A model generated the notes under the pieces. That model made no database searches. It saw nothing but the letters and a program-made list of their open reading frames with translations, and was not told the origin of the DNA. The position numbers were made by a program, and so were the translations under genes. Below, one piece after another: positions 10,466-20,199 of a stretch of 64,000 nucleotides of DNA. How positions within the stretch are numbered: position 1 is the stretch's first letter; every line of letters begins with the position of its first letter. This DNA is from Escherichia coli (GTDB lineage: Bacteria > Pseudomonadota > Gammaproteobacteria > Enterobacterales > Enterobacteriaceae). The stretch lies in the NCBI RefSeq assembly GCF_016903815.1, contig NZ_CP069973.1. The stretch is one strand, 5' to 3'.

Positions 10466-11656
10466 TTAATTGCTGTTAACCGAGGTGACCAGATTTGCCA
10501 GGTATTTATCGGTAATACGCTGGCGCAGGGTCAGGTTTTCAAGAGGAGGCACCGGTGTATAGTCGTAGTCGATATACAGTTTTCCGGCCTTGAGGGTTTC
10601 CGCATCGTTGGATTCTTCGCTGAACCAGCAGGTCGCATCCACGATATAGCCGTTTGTTTTCAGCTCACGGAATTTGGCATTGATGCCGTCAACGATGTCG
10701 CGAATCAGCGTTGCGGTGATGGGCTTGTCCACCGCCCACATGTGCGCCTCAGCCATCGTGTCGGCCATCACCTGCGCGGTGCGGGTGTAGTTTTCAAAGA
10801 GGAACAGCGGGTCATCAGAGCAGGTACGGTTACCCCAGAATCGGAAACCGTCGCGGCGAATCAGCGTAGTGACGCCTGACTCGTTAAGCAGGTCAGCATC
10901 GGTGCCGGACTCCTGCAAATCCCAGAATACAGATGCGCTGATGCCGGTAACACCGTTTACCCCGACGTTGGACAGCGTTTTATGCCAGCCCTGCTCCTGG
11001 TCGATTTTAGCGCGCAGACCCAGCGCACGGGCGGTGGCATACGCGGTGGCGGTGGTACTGGTGACCGTATCCCATGCGAGGAAATCCGGCCAGATGACCA
11101 TCAGCTCACGCTGGCTGAAATTCTGGCGGTAGGCTTTCACCTCGGAAATGGTCTTACAGCTCCATGCGCTGATATATCCGAAAGCGCGCAGCTTCTGACA
11201 GACGGATGCCAGTGCAACTGCCACCTCTTTGGTATCCAGTCCCGGCACACCGAGAATACGCGGTTTAACACCGGTTACCGACTCCGCCGCCAGCAGGGCT
11301 TTTAGTCCGGTGTACTGACCGTTTTCGTCGGTGGTGCCGATGATATTGGAAACGGTCTGCGCGAGTTTCGTTTCCTCGTCGTCGCCGGTGCCGTCTTCCA
11401 CACGCACGACTACGGTGACCGGTTTTGACTGGTCAGCGATGGCCTGCAACGACGCCGCCAGCGTGCCTTTTTTACCGGCCTTTGCAATTGCGCTCTGCAC
11501 ATTGGTAATCAGCACCGGTTTATTGAGGGGGAAGATTTCCGCATCCGCATCGCTGGCCGTGCAGACCATGCCGACAATGGCGGTGGATACGGTGGAAATG
11601 ACGCGGGTGCCGTCGTTAATCTCCAGCACCTGCACGCCATGATGATAGTCGCTCAT
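10466..11656 (-). CDS. FI: Contractile tail sheath protein FI
   Basis: 396 aa starting 'MSDYHHGVQVLEINDGTRVISTVSTAIVGMVCTA...', as in P2 gpFI. Confidence 0.94.
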   Translation of the reverse strand: MSDYHHGVQVLEINDGTRVISTVSTAIVGMVCTASDADAEIFPLNKPVLITNVQSAIAKAGKKGTLAASLQAIADQSKPVTVVVRVEDGTGDDEETKLAQTVSNIIGTTDENGQYTGLKALLAAESVTGVKPRILGVPGLDTKEVAVALASVCQKLRAFGYISAWSCKTISEVKAYRQNFSQRELMVIWPDFLAWDTVTSTTATAYATARALGLRAKIDQEQGWHKTLSNVGVNGVTGISASVFWDLQESGTDADLLNESGVTTLIRRDGFRFWGNRTCSDDPLFLFENYTRTAQVMADTMAEAHMWAVDKPITATLIRDIVDGINAKFRELKTNGYIVDATCWFSEESNDAETLKAGKLYIDYDYTPVPPLENLTLRQRITDKYLANLVTSVNSN

Positions 11657-11761
11657 CCGTTTAACTCCGTGGTTAATGGGTGCAACTATTTTCTGTTGGG
11701 CAGTGCATGAGACGCCATTTGACCTGGCTGGTCAGTGGATGAAACAACAGATAAAGAAAAT

Positions 11762-11784
11762 GCGGGCAATTCGCCCGCCTGTCC
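11762..11784 (-). terminator. Intrinsic terminator after the Z/fun-position cargo gene
   Basis: On the minus strand: GCGGGCGAATTGCCCGC hairpin followed by ATTTTCTTT. Confidence 0.55.
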
Positions 11785-11985
11785 TGATTTGCACACACTC
11801 ATTTTCCGACTGACAGTTTACATAGCCCAAAAGTTATCAAATCTGACAGTCTGCTTTGAGCAAGAAGCGGACATTTGCCTGTCAGGGTATATGCCGCTCT
11901 GTGGTTATTATCCAGAATCAATAATTCATCTGAGTTGGATGACATATAAAACATAGTTACTCCATGAATAACCATTAGCAGATTA

Positions 11986-12579
11986 TCAATTATGTAAATC
12001 TTTTGTTTTATGTTCTTTAGCGTATTGTGACAACAAATGGCTATAGCGTTTAAGCAAAATATTAGAAAGATTAAGCTCATTCATGAAGTGTTCTTCTAAT
12101 AAGTAACCATCAATATCAACTTTAATATCATTACCACTTTTCATCTTCTGTAACGTAGATTTCACACGCTCCAGCAGGATGCTTTGCTCATGGTAATAGT
12201 CCATAAGAAGAGTAACATCCTCTTTATCAAGCTTACTTAATTCGCTGAAGTAGGATTTAAACACTTTATCAGTCTGGTTTAATGCAATCTGTAAGCGAGG
12301 CCCCCCTAATGATTTGACATTAATGGCAAAAGGCTCGCCAACAAAATGCTCCGAATTTTCGTCAAAGCCAATATATCTCGTTTTATCAAGAAAAGTGAGA
12401 GCGCGATGGTTATTAGCGATTTCATATGCAAACATTGTTCTGATACTGTCCCTCTCAGCCTCCATGCTTATATCATCACGGTGATTTGTATAAAATATAT
12501 TTCCAACAAAGAGAACCATAGCAAGAATCACTGAACTTGCCTCCCAGTTAATATTTTTAAATCGTCGCTTAGTAAACAT
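11986..12579 (-). CDS. Unknown membrane-anchored protein, cargo at the P2 Z/fun position
   Basis: 197 aa. ATG is preceded by AAGGTG. One N-terminal hydrophobic helix ('SSVILAMVLFVGNIFY'); the rest is soluble and Lys/Glu-rich. AT-rich (22 G+C in 12121-12180). I recognise no family. Confidence 0.7.
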   Translation of the reverse strand: MFTKRRFKNINWEASSVILAMVLFVGNIFYTNHRDDISMEAERDSIRTMFAYEIANNHRALTFLDKTRYIGFDENSEHFVGEPFAINVKSLGGPRLQIALNQTDKVFKSYFSELSKLDKEDVTLLMDYYHEQSILLERVKSTLQKMKSGNDIKVDIDGYLLEEHFMNELNLSNILLKRYSHLLSQYAKEHKTKDLHN

Positions 12580-12800
12580 ACCGCACCTTAATTATCAAAA
12601 ATATTCCTTCAGTGTTATCTGGTTAGCCTAAACCAAGTCATTAAAGTCCGCAGGATATCATATACATAAAATGTATTGATTAGAATTTGCACTAATAAAA
12701 TAATGCTTTACTGAAATCTACTCCAGACATAGAGCGGCCTGTCAGATTAGGCTTTACTCTGTGCCATAGATATGTAATCTCACACCAGAGCTTATACAAC

Positions 12801-13328
12801 TTATTGCGGCATTTCCGGCCATTCAGGATTTACAGGATCCACACGGCTGACCAGAACGCTGTAGCGTTCCCATGACTCCAGTCGTGCACGTTCCTCATCC
12901 GTCGCCATATTCAGCCTGACAGCGCGTTCCAGTGGCTGAATAACGCTTTCCGCTTCGGAAAGTAATGCGGCCTTTTGTGATTCTGCCTGTTGTTGCTGTT
13001 CATCTGCCGTATAAATCCGTTTAACCACAGCACCATCCTTAAACATCCATTTACCTGAGTCGTCAGCACGTCGGTTGGAGGTAATATCAGGAACCTCAAC
13101 AACGCTAAAACCTTCAGGGTTAAGCGTTGAAGCATCTCTGGTGATAGCGACAATAATATTATTTTCATCGTAAACAATCTTTATTGTGTCTGGCTGAAAG
13201 TTCTTCACTTCCTCATACCAGTTTTTTCCATCCTCAGAGTAAAGCCAGATAACTCCGTGTTTCTTTGTTAACTCATACTGTTCCAGTGTTTTAGCGTTAC
13301 CCGCTTTTATGTTCTTTAAGTGCATCAT
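12801..13328 (-). CDS. G: Tail fibre assembly chaperone G
   Basis: 175 aa, immediately downstream of H. P2 gpG-like. Confidence 0.88.
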   Translation of the reverse strand: MMHLKNIKAGNAKTLEQYELTKKHGVIWLYSEDGKNWYEEVKNFQPDTIKIVYDENNIIVAITRDASTLNPEGFSVVEVPDITSNRRADDSGKWMFKDGAVVKRIYTADEQQQQAESQKAALLSEAESVIQPLERAVRLNMATDEERARLESWERYSVLVSRVDPVNPEWPEMPQ

Positions 13329-13329
13329 A

Positions 13330-15351
13330 TTAAACGCTCGCTACATTATACCAGGTGCCATTTATATACTTTTGAACGGGTCTGTAATAAACGCCCGCTA
13401 TATTATCGGCAGAGTTGGACCCTGTATCCTGAACATTAATACCAGACAATACATGACCTGACGGGCACTGGAAATTCCATGTTTGCCAGTTGTTCACTCC
13501 ATAATATTGCTGTGAACCAAGTCGAACATCTTTCACATATCTGGAATCAAAATTGCCATAGTTGCCAGGAATAACTTGCGAGCCACAAAGCCAGTTACCG
13601 TTATTATCCATGTACGCCTGACCATCGGTGCCATTGGCTGTCCTTGAGTTATTAATCATGTAGATGCCAAATTGCTTGTTCCCCAGTCCACCTATCATGA
13701 ACTTGCGGTCAGCGTGATTCTGGCGAAGCAACGCCTGAGCGCTATCAGTGTTAACTATATTTTTCCCAAAGATAGCGTTGTTATCGCGCATCTGAATCCA
13801 CATACCATTACTGCTGTTAATAGCAAAACGGTCTGAAAGCGTCTCCCCTGAAACATTAAGGCCACGCCCCATCGAAACAGCGCCAGTAGCGTTATTAATC
13901 CATAATGGCCTTAATCCGTTATAAGTCCCCATGTTGTCACCGGAGTTTGTCAACATGAAGTATGTATTTGAACCATCATTACGAATAAAGAATCCGTAAT
14001 TACCATAAGCAATACGTAGGCCGTTTGCTGATTTTGATATGACTTCGCCATTTACAATGGCATTGACAAGAACATACAAAGCATCCCATTTAAGATTCAT
14101 CAGGTCTTTTGTTGTAGTACTCTGGCGGCTTCTCCATTTGAAATATTCATTGCCGTTATCCCCCGTTTCAAACCACATGAATGAATCAGTGTCACCATCG
14201 GCATCATTTTTAAATCCAATCTTCGCCCAGTCAGTATTTCGAATCCAGGCAAGGATTGAGTCGTTTTCAAAAGTAAGTCCACCGGACAAGGTATCGCCAT
14301 TTTTTTGCACGGCGTTCCCGGCTCGGTTTACCGTTTCCTGTAAACCGAGATATTCGATAACGGCGGCAACGGTCGATTTAGCCAGAATATCCCGCCCGAC
14401 TTTTGTCAGGGTTGCCAGGCTGGCAACATCATTCCCCATAAAATACGGAAACCTGTCTGCCGCAGTAGCAAGCCCCGCCAGTGCCGTCAGGGTGGCATCT
14501 TTCGGTTGCTTCCCCGCAAGCGCATTAGTCATGGTGGTAGCAAAATTCGGGTCATTGCCCAGCGCCGCCGCCAGCTCGTTCAGCGTATTCAGTGCGTCAG
14601 GCGACGAGTCTACAAGGGCGGCAATCGCGGCCATAACGAAAGCCGTGTTTGCGATCTGAGTATTATTCGTTCCCTGTCGCGCAGTTGGCGTCGTTGGCGT
14701 TCCGGTCAGTGCAGGGCTGTTTAATGGCGCTTTCTTGTTCGTTTCATCCATTACCGTCTTAACGGCTTTCGGCGTTGCAGCCAGTGTTTCAGACGTGCTG
14801 TTGGTCGCACTGCTTAACTGAGTAAAACCTTTTGCGGTCAGCGAGGCGTCAGGGTGACGTCGTGACTGTTCATGTTCTGCAATTTTGTCATCAACGTAAT
14901 CCTGCGTCGCCATCACCGTTGTGGTGTCGATGGTCAGATCCACTGAGGCCACACTGCTGACGATAATGACCATGCGGCAGGTCTGCGAACGTCCTGAGCC
15001 TTCGGCAAGGGCTGGCTTATAACTTTCGGCCATGTTCGCCACGGCAATTAACGTTCCTGCATCATCGTACAGGCCAAGCTCACGCATCCAGAAACCGCCC
15101 ACCTCCGGCGGAATAACCAGCTCTGCGATAATATAATTACTGTTTCGTTTGTCCTGGCTGATTTTGTTCAGCGCATGTCGCCAGACTTCGTGGATAAGCC
15201 CGGTCTGTCCGGCATCCGGGACAGGCAATTTACCACCGCCATCCCCGACGGCCATCGTGGTAATGTTGACCTTCCGCCCTCCCGGCGCGGTTGCCGCTGC
15301 CAGCTTTGCTGCACCGGCAGTGGTGATAACGGTTTTGAATTTTGTGCTCAT
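13330..15351 (-). CDS. H: Tail fibre protein H
   Basis: 673 aa. The N-terminus '[28 protein letters not shown]...' and the C-terminal '[14 protein letters not shown]' are P2 gpH-like. The central-distal part differs from P2 as I recall it. Confidence 0.92.
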   Translation of the reverse strand: MSTKFKTVITTAGAAKLAAATAPGGRKVNITTMAVGDGGGKLPVPDAGQTGLIHEVWRHALNKISQDKRNSNYIIAELVIPPEVGGFWMRELGLYDDAGTLIAVANMAESYKPALAEGSGRSQTCRMVIIVSSVASVDLTIDTTTVMATQDYVDDKIAEHEQSRRHPDASLTAKGFTQLSSATNSTSETLAATPKAVKTVMDETNKKAPLNSPALTGTPTTPTARQGTNNTQIANTAFVMAAIAALVDSSPDALNTLNELAAALGNDPNFATTMTNALAGKQPKDATLTALAGLATAADRFPYFMGNDVASLATLTKVGRDILAKSTVAAVIEYLGLQETVNRAGNAVQKNGDTLSGGLTFENDSILAWIRNTDWAKIGFKNDADGDTDSFMWFETGDNGNEYFKWRSRQSTTTKDLMNLKWDALYVLVNAIVNGEVISKSANGLRIAYGNYGFFIRNDGSNTYFMLTNSGDNMGTYNGLRPLWINNATGAVSMGRGLNVSGETLSDRFAINSSNGMWIQMRDNNAIFGKNIVNTDSAQALLRQNHADRKFMIGGLGNKQFGIYMINNSRTANGTDGQAYMDNNGNWLCGSQVIPGNYGNFDSRYVKDVRLGSQQYYGVNNWQTWNFQCPSGHVLSGINVQDTGSNSADNIAGVYYRPVQKYINGTWYNVASV

Positions 15352-15361
15352 TATTCCTCAC

Positions 15362-15892
15362 TTATCCGGGGTAAACCGTAATTACATCGCCGTCATAAGC
15401 CACACCACCGGCAAACAGGTAGCCGGGAATGTCCCGGGTAATGTTCAGACCAATAAGGTGGCGGCTTGCAGGTTTGGCATCAGCAATCAGCCGTTCCATT
15501 TCCTGATACATTGCCTCTGTGATGCCGCTTTCCAGTACACCAATATCAAGCCGGAAGGTGCCGGGCGGGTCACTGTTTTCCCACCACTCCGTCACGTTGA
15601 TGAGATAGCCGAGCGGCTCCACCACACGCCGGATTGCACCTATTGTGCCTTTATGACAGTGGATGAAATACGCATCGCGGATAACGGCGCGTTTTGTCGC
15701 TTCCGGCCACTTTTCATCCCACCTGTCGACCGAAAACGCCCACGCCAGCCACGGCAGCAGATTTGCCGGACAGGTGTCCGGGTTCCACAGCTCACGAATA
15801 CTGACCGGCGTTTTTTCAATTTCCGCACAGGCTTTTGCGGCGGCGACCTCAAGCGGTGATGAGCCGGTCGGCAGCAGTCGCGAATCACTCAT
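15362..15892 (-). CDS. I: Baseplate protein I
   Basis: 176 aa. P2 gpI position and sequence. Confidence 0.9.
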   Translation of the reverse strand: MSDSRLLPTGSSPLEVAAAKACAEIEKTPVSIRELWNPDTCPANLLPWLAWAFSVDRWDEKWPEATKRAVIRDAYFIHCHKGTIGAIRRVVEPLGYLINVTEWWENSDPPGTFRLDIGVLESGITEAMYQEMERLIADAKPASRHLIGLNITRDIPGYLFAGGVAYDGDVITVYPG

Positions 15893-16793
15893 CCGAGCCT
15901 CCGGTCACGACGCGGTATTCGGTACAGAAAGACGCCTGCGTACTGTTGAGCACGATGTCGGCCAGTGGTGCAGCCAGTTCGACACGCTGCACACCTTCCA
16001 CATGCAAAGCGGCATAAATGGCAGACAGACGGATGTCGCGCCCCAGCCGGTGCTGTGCCGTGATATACGCTTCCAGCTTTTTCACAGCGGCAGCGCGGAT
16101 GGGTTCGCTTTCGGGACCAGGGTAAAGGTAAAGCGTGGCGTTTATCTGGTATTCAACGATGGCGGCAGACTGCACGGTCACGCGGTCGGCCACCGGCCTG
16201 ACGTCCTCGCCATTAAGGGCGTTACGCACCACAGCCAGCAGGTCTTCGGATGCGACGCCGTTATTTTCACGTGACAGCACAGAGATGGTGACACAGGCAG
16301 GAGACGGACTGGTGACAGAAATATCCGCGACACGCCCGTCAGCACTGCGACCATGATACTGATAGGCTCCCACTGACCCGGCGACGCTTAAGCCCTCAAA
16401 AGCCTGCTGAATACGCAGACGATAATCGGTGTCAGATTCCATCACTGCCGGTGTCGGTGGAATGGTCGAATCATCTGCCGGGGTGATAGTCAGGCGCGTG
16501 GTGTTGTAATTGGCACCAATCACATCAAGGTCATTACCGGCGGCACAGGCCAGCATCACCGCCCGTGCGGCCTCATTCACACGCTGACGCCAGATAAGCT
16601 CACGATAAGCATTTTCTTCCAGCAGTTTGACGAGAGGCTCAGATTCCAGTGTCAGGGTACGGGCGACCGCCTCCTGCTGATCTTCCGGGTAAAGGGAAAT
16701 CAGTGTCGCCTTGCGTTCAGCGAGAATGCTTTCAAAGTCCAGCTCCTCGACCACATCTGGTGCGGGTAGCTGGTTCAGGTCGATAATCGGCAT
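15885..16793 (-). CDS. J: Baseplate wedge protein J
   Basis: 302 aa. P2 gpJ position. Overlaps the I start. Confidence 0.9.
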   Translation of the reverse strand: MPIIDLNQLPAPDVVEELDFESILAERKATLISLYPEDQQEAVARTLTLESEPLVKLLEENAYRELIWRQRVNEAARAVMLACAAGNDLDVIGANYNTTRLTITPADDSTIPPTPAVMESDTDYRLRIQQAFEGLSVAGSVGAYQYHGRSADGRVADISVTSPSPACVTISVLSRENNGVASEDLLAVVRNALNGEDVRPVADRVTVQSAAIVEYQINATLYLYPGPESEPIRAAAVKKLEAYITAQHRLGRDIRLSAIYAALHVEGVQRVELAAPLADIVLNSTQASFCTEYRVVTGGSDE

Positions 16794-16797
16794 GGTT

Positions 16798-17145
16798 TCA
16801 ACTCACAGGGATGGTTAATGAAAGTGGCTGGCCGGTGTCGTTGTGCTGGCCGGTTAACGTGACCGTCATTCGCCCGTCAAAACTGCGCTCAGTGGTGACG
16901 GATGACAGGGTGACGCGGGGTTCCCATTTCAGCACCGCCATGTAACAGGCGACCTTAATCTGCAACTCAAGCGCCGGGGTCTGCGGCTGGTCAATCATTG
17001 ATGCCAGCAACGAGCCGTAATCACGACGCATCACCCGTGAGCCGACCGGTGTGCGCAGGATATCGCCGATACTCTGGCTGATATGCTCAAGGTCAGTGAC
17101 AGTCAGGCCATCACTGCGATTCATTCCGAGATAACGCGCTGTCAT
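16798..17145 (-). CDS. W: Baseplate protein W (gp25-like)
   Basis: 115 aa. P2 gpW position. Confidence 0.9.
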   Translation of the reverse strand: MTARYLGMNRSDGLTVTDLEHISQSIGDILRTPVGSRVMRRDYGSLLASMIDQPQTPALELQIKVACYMAVLKWEPRVTLSSVTTERSFDGRMTVTLTGQHNDTGQPLSLTIPVS

Positions 17146-17771
17146 AAAGGACTCCCGGTTGTGCCGCCGCTGTCGCCGGGGTGTTTGTGGGTATGCAGTA
17201 CCTTACCGTTTGATGAGAGTTCACCGCCGGTGTGTTCAATGTTGCCGCGCATCGTCCCGCCCTTCTGCACTTCCAGCGTGCCGGTAGTCAGTTTGTTAGT
17301 GCAGACCACTTCTGGTGTGTCCAGGGTGACGCGGGTTGATGCTTTCACCGTGACCACTGGTACCGTGGCAGTAACAGAATCAGAAGCCGTCACGCTGGCC
17401 GTTTTAATTCCGCTTACCGTGAGTGCACTGGTTTCAGGTTCATACTCAATCACCGCCCCGTCAGGGAAACGGATATGCAGGGCATCCGCCGACGCAGACG
17501 GCGCAGGGTTATCGCCGGAATAAATCCCCGGCAGAACGAACGCCGTGTCGAGTTCACCGCCCACGGCCAGAATCAGCACCTGTTCCCCCACGGAAGGTGC
17601 CCACCATGTGCGCGAACGCCCAGCGCGATGGGTCAGCCACTGAAGCCAGTCGGTGCACATGCCGCCAGTCTGCACACGGCAGCGACCGGCATTAAGGTCG
17701 GTTTCGACGATAATGCCAGTGCGAATCATATTGCGTATAAAGCGAAGAATTTCATTGTATTGTGCATTCAT
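17142..17771 (-). CDS. V: Baseplate central spike protein V
   Basis: 209 aa from 'MNAQYNEILRFIRNMIRTGIIVETDLNAGRCRVQTGG...', P2 gpV-like. The track ORF has a 26-codon upstream extension that I reject. Confidence 0.88.
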   Translation of the reverse strand: MNAQYNEILRFIRNMIRTGIIVETDLNAGRCRVQTGGMCTDWLQWLTHRAGRSRTWWAPSVGEQVLILAVGGELDTAFVLPGIYSGDNPAPSASADALHIRFPDGAVIEYEPETSALTVSGIKTASVTASDSVTATVPVVTVKASTRVTLDTPEVVCTNKLTTGTLEVQKGGTMRGNIEHTGGELSSNGKVLHTHKHPGDSGGTTGSPL

Positions 17772-17795
17772 TCGATAATAATGATTCTGTACAAT
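17767..17795 (+). promoter_or_regulatory. Candidate sigma70 promoter for the orf30-position cargo gene
   Basis: TTCATT-N17-TACAAT, about 60 nt upstream of the ATG at 17858. Pattern match only. Confidence 0.3.
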
Positions 17796-17857
17796 CTCGA
17801 AGTAAATCACACCACGATTTCTGGTGCACAGAACAACAAGGGACAACAAAATCCATT

Positions 17858-18931
17858 ATGAGTACTTACTTTTTCTCGTCAGAAACAATGAAAGAATTGT
17901 TCAAAGATTATCTGGTCTTTTTGAACACGCTGACTCCCAGCACAAACTTTGAATCAAACAGAAACAAAATAATTGCTCAAGCAATAAACTTCATTTCCGA
18001 AAACCCTGAAGATTGGGACAAAAAATCCCAGTACAACATTGCTATGATTGGCGACACCTTTAAAAGTTTCTTAAGAGAAAAGGGGGAAGATAACAACAGC
18101 ATCAACCTTATATTCACTTGCTTTTTTAGATTTATCATTGAACCAAGCATTCTCTCTCCGGAAATAGAGTCTCACTTTTCACCACTAAGAACCATCAAGG
18201 ATTTTGCTCTGTATAACTATAATGAATTCGATGAGCGGAGCAGAGCACAGATAGACTTTTCTCTTAGAGAACTGCCATTAGCAATGGTTAAAGAAGTTTT
18301 AAGCTCCAGCAATGTTGACACATATAAAAAATACATTGATAGTTTAAACGAAGGGCGTCAATTTTTCGAAAAGTGCGACTCCTTCTTAAAGGAGCAACAT
18401 GCCAAAATAGAGTCAATTAAAGAGTCATTAAAAGGGTATGAGGTCGCATTTAATTTTGTTGGATTGTTTGATGGCTTTAATTCACTTGGCAAAAAGAAAG
18501 AAAGTGAAATCATGCTATCAAGAATAATTCTTATCATCTTGGCTATAATCATTCCCTCCCCGCTGATATACTATGGAATGCATAAATTACCAACTCTCGA
18601 AACGACAAATGCTGCCACATATTTTATGTCAGCACTACCTTTTGCATCAGTTACATTGATTTTCATGTATTACTTTAGAGTTGTACTGATAAATCATATA
18701 TCGTTACGAACTCAGATTATGCAAATAGAACTCAGAAAGAGCCTTTGTCAGTTCATTCAGAGTTATAGCGACTATTCCTCAGAGATAAGGAAAAACAATC
18801 CGGAAGCGCTTTCAAAATTCGAAGACGTAGTATTTTCAAACATCATGCTATCCGATGATAAGATACCATCTACATTTGATGGCATTGAGCAAATAGCATC
18901 GTTAATCAATTCATTAAAAAATGGAAAGTAA
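17858..18931 (+). CDS. Unknown protein with two C-terminal TM helices, cargo at the P2 orf30 position (antisense to the late operon)
   Basis: 357 aa from ATG 17858 (the track ORF begins at an upstream GTG inside V). Hydrophobic helices 'IMLSRIILIILAIIIPSPLIYYGM' and 'AATYFMSALPFASVTLIFMYYFRVVLI'. AT-rich (20 G+C in 18421-18480). Has its own terminator. Confidence 0.75.
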   Translation: MSTYFFSSETMKELFKDYLVFLNTLTPSTNFESNRNKIIAQAINFISENPEDWDKKSQYNIAMIGDTFKSFLREKGEDNNSINLIFTCFFRFIIEPSILSPEIESHFSPLRTIKDFALYNYNEFDERSRAQIDFSLRELPLAMVKEVLSSSNVDTYKKYIDSLNEGRQFFEKCDSFLKEQHAKIESIKESLKGYEVAFNFVGLFDGFNSLGKKKESEIMLSRIILIILAIIIPSPLIYYGMHKLPTLETTNAATYFMSALPFASVTLIFMYYFRVVLINHISLRTQIMQIELRKSLCQFIQSYSDYSSEIRKNNPEALSKFEDVVFSNIMLSDDKIPSTFDGIEQIASLINSLKNGK

Positions 18932-18936
18932 TGATA

Positions 18937-18965
18937 AAAGGCCAATAACTGGCCTTTTATTTATT
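18937..18965 (+). terminator. Intrinsic terminator of the orf30-position cargo gene
   Basis: AAAAGGCCAATAACTGGCCTTTTATTTATT: GGCC stem, loop, then a T-rich tail. Confidence 0.7.
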
Positions 18966-19033
18966 AACATGAAAATTCAAAATAAATTATGCTAATCAAT
19001 TGATTTCTATCTTATATTCTCAGATGATTAAAT

Positions 19034-19486
19034 CTAACGATTCAGGTGAGCCAGGATAATCTCTTCAATCATCTGCACATCCTCACCGGTAAAGCCAAGC
19101 AGAGGACGCGCCGGATAATCAATTTTCTTACCGTCTTTCCGGGTTTCTTCCGACAGACCGAACTGATGCACACTGGCGATTTTCGGTGACTTCCCGCCGT
19201 AAAACTCCATTGATGCCTGTTCAGGGCTGGCGCGGATATGCAAAAAACGACTGGTGATAAGTTTCGCAAACATTTTTCGCTTAACGCGACCGGTCTTTTT
19301 TCTGGCGCTCTGCTGCTGGCGTGGTGCGTAGGGTGTGCCGTCCGGGGCTTTCTGTGCCATCACCCGACGCTGCTGACTCTGCCGCAGACGTTTCGCCAGT
19401 TCTGCACTCAGTCGCCGACGCCCAGACGGTGACAGCGATTCAATCAGTCCGGTCAGCCGGTCTTCAAAACGCTTAAACTCATTCAT
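19034..19486 (-). CDS. S: Tail completion protein S
   Basis: 150 aa. P2 gpS position and sequence. Confidence 0.9.
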   Translation of the reverse strand: MNEFKRFEDRLTGLIESLSPSGRRRLSAELAKRLRQSQQRRVMAQKAPDGTPYAPRQQQSARKKTGRVKRKMFAKLITSRFLHIRASPEQASMEFYGGKSPKIASVHQFGLSEETRKDGKKIDYPARPLLGFTGEDVQMIEEIILAHLNR

Positions 19487-19946
19487 CCCACTTGCTCACC
19501 AGTTCACCATTGATATAAAGCTCCATCGGGCGATTGACTGGCTCCGGCGGCGGAGGTTCCGGGATATTCTTCACATGCAGCGCACCGTCAACCTCACTGA
19601 CCAGCGTTCGCTCGGTCAGCATCAGGCTGATGCTGATATCAAAGCTGCTGTCATTGTTGATGTCTGCATAAAACGTGAAACCTTTTTTCTGACCTTCGTC
19701 GGTGGTCATGATGTCGGGCTGATTTTCCCGCAGCCACGCCAGCACCGGCACGATGAGCAGGTCAAAATCACCGGTAAAGTCGGTCACAATCACATTGAGC
19801 GTGTAACGCTTTTCGAACGACAGCGACGTCGCCAGCGTGGAGGCAATACTCCCGTTATCCACGAATATCCGCAGCATCTCTGGACTGGTTTTCAGCACCG
19901 TGACGGCATCAGTCAGCGCCCTGCGCAGGCTGTCGGGTTTGAGCAT
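19479..19946 (-). CDS. R: Tail completion protein R
   Basis: 155 aa. P2 gpR position. Overlaps the S start. Confidence 0.9.
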   Translation of the reverse strand: MLKPDSLRRALTDAVTVLKTSPEMLRIFVDNGSIASTLATSLSFEKRYTLNVIVTDFTGDFDLLIVPVLAWLRENQPDIMTTDEGQKKGFTFYADINNDSSFDISISLMLTERTLVSEVDGALHVKNIPEPPPPEPVNRPMELYINGELVSKWDE

Positions 19947-20199
19947 CGTTTTCGTCCTGACAGTGTTTAATCATTTTTACCTGGCTGGCACAACGTGCCA
20001 GCGCGTTCTCAAGCTGCCGGATATCGGCACTTAAATCGCCGTTCGTCTCCGGGTCACTGCCCGGCATCGGGCAAAGGCTCACTTTCGGGCAGGCGTTGGC
20101 GACAATCACTGGCGTCGGTGCAGGCGGGGCGCTGGTGCAACCGGCGCACAGCATCAGGCAGGTCAGCACCATACCAGCGGCGAAAATCTTCGTTTTCAT
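19909..20199 (-). CDS. lysC: o-spanin (Rz1-like lipoprotein) LysC, partly embedded in lysB in another frame
   Basis: 96 aa from 'MKTKIFAAGMVLTCLMLCAGCTSAPPAPTP...' with lipobox LCAG|C and a Pro-rich mature part. Overlaps the lysB 3' half. Confidence 0.85.
   Translation of the reverse strand: MKTKIFAAGMVLTCLMLCAGCTSAPPAPTPVIVANACPKVSLCPMPGSDPETNGDLSADIRQLENALARCASQVKMIKHCQDENDAQTRQPAQGAD

Noticed and set aside
11799-12080. 93-aa minus-strand ORF overlapping the 3' end of the Z/fun-position cargo gene
   Set aside because: It overlaps the better-supported 197-aa ORF in another frame and I could see no SD. It could still be a small second gene, but I cannot support that.
15149-15859. 236-aa plus-strand ORF antisense to H and I
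   Set aside because: It is antisense to two well-supported structural genes, has no start context, and has a Pro/Arg/Ala-rich composition typical of antisense frames. The same reasoning applies to 7288-7977, 14039-14659, 22498-23097, 25431-26141, 17083-17523 and other long antisense ORFs inside phage genes.
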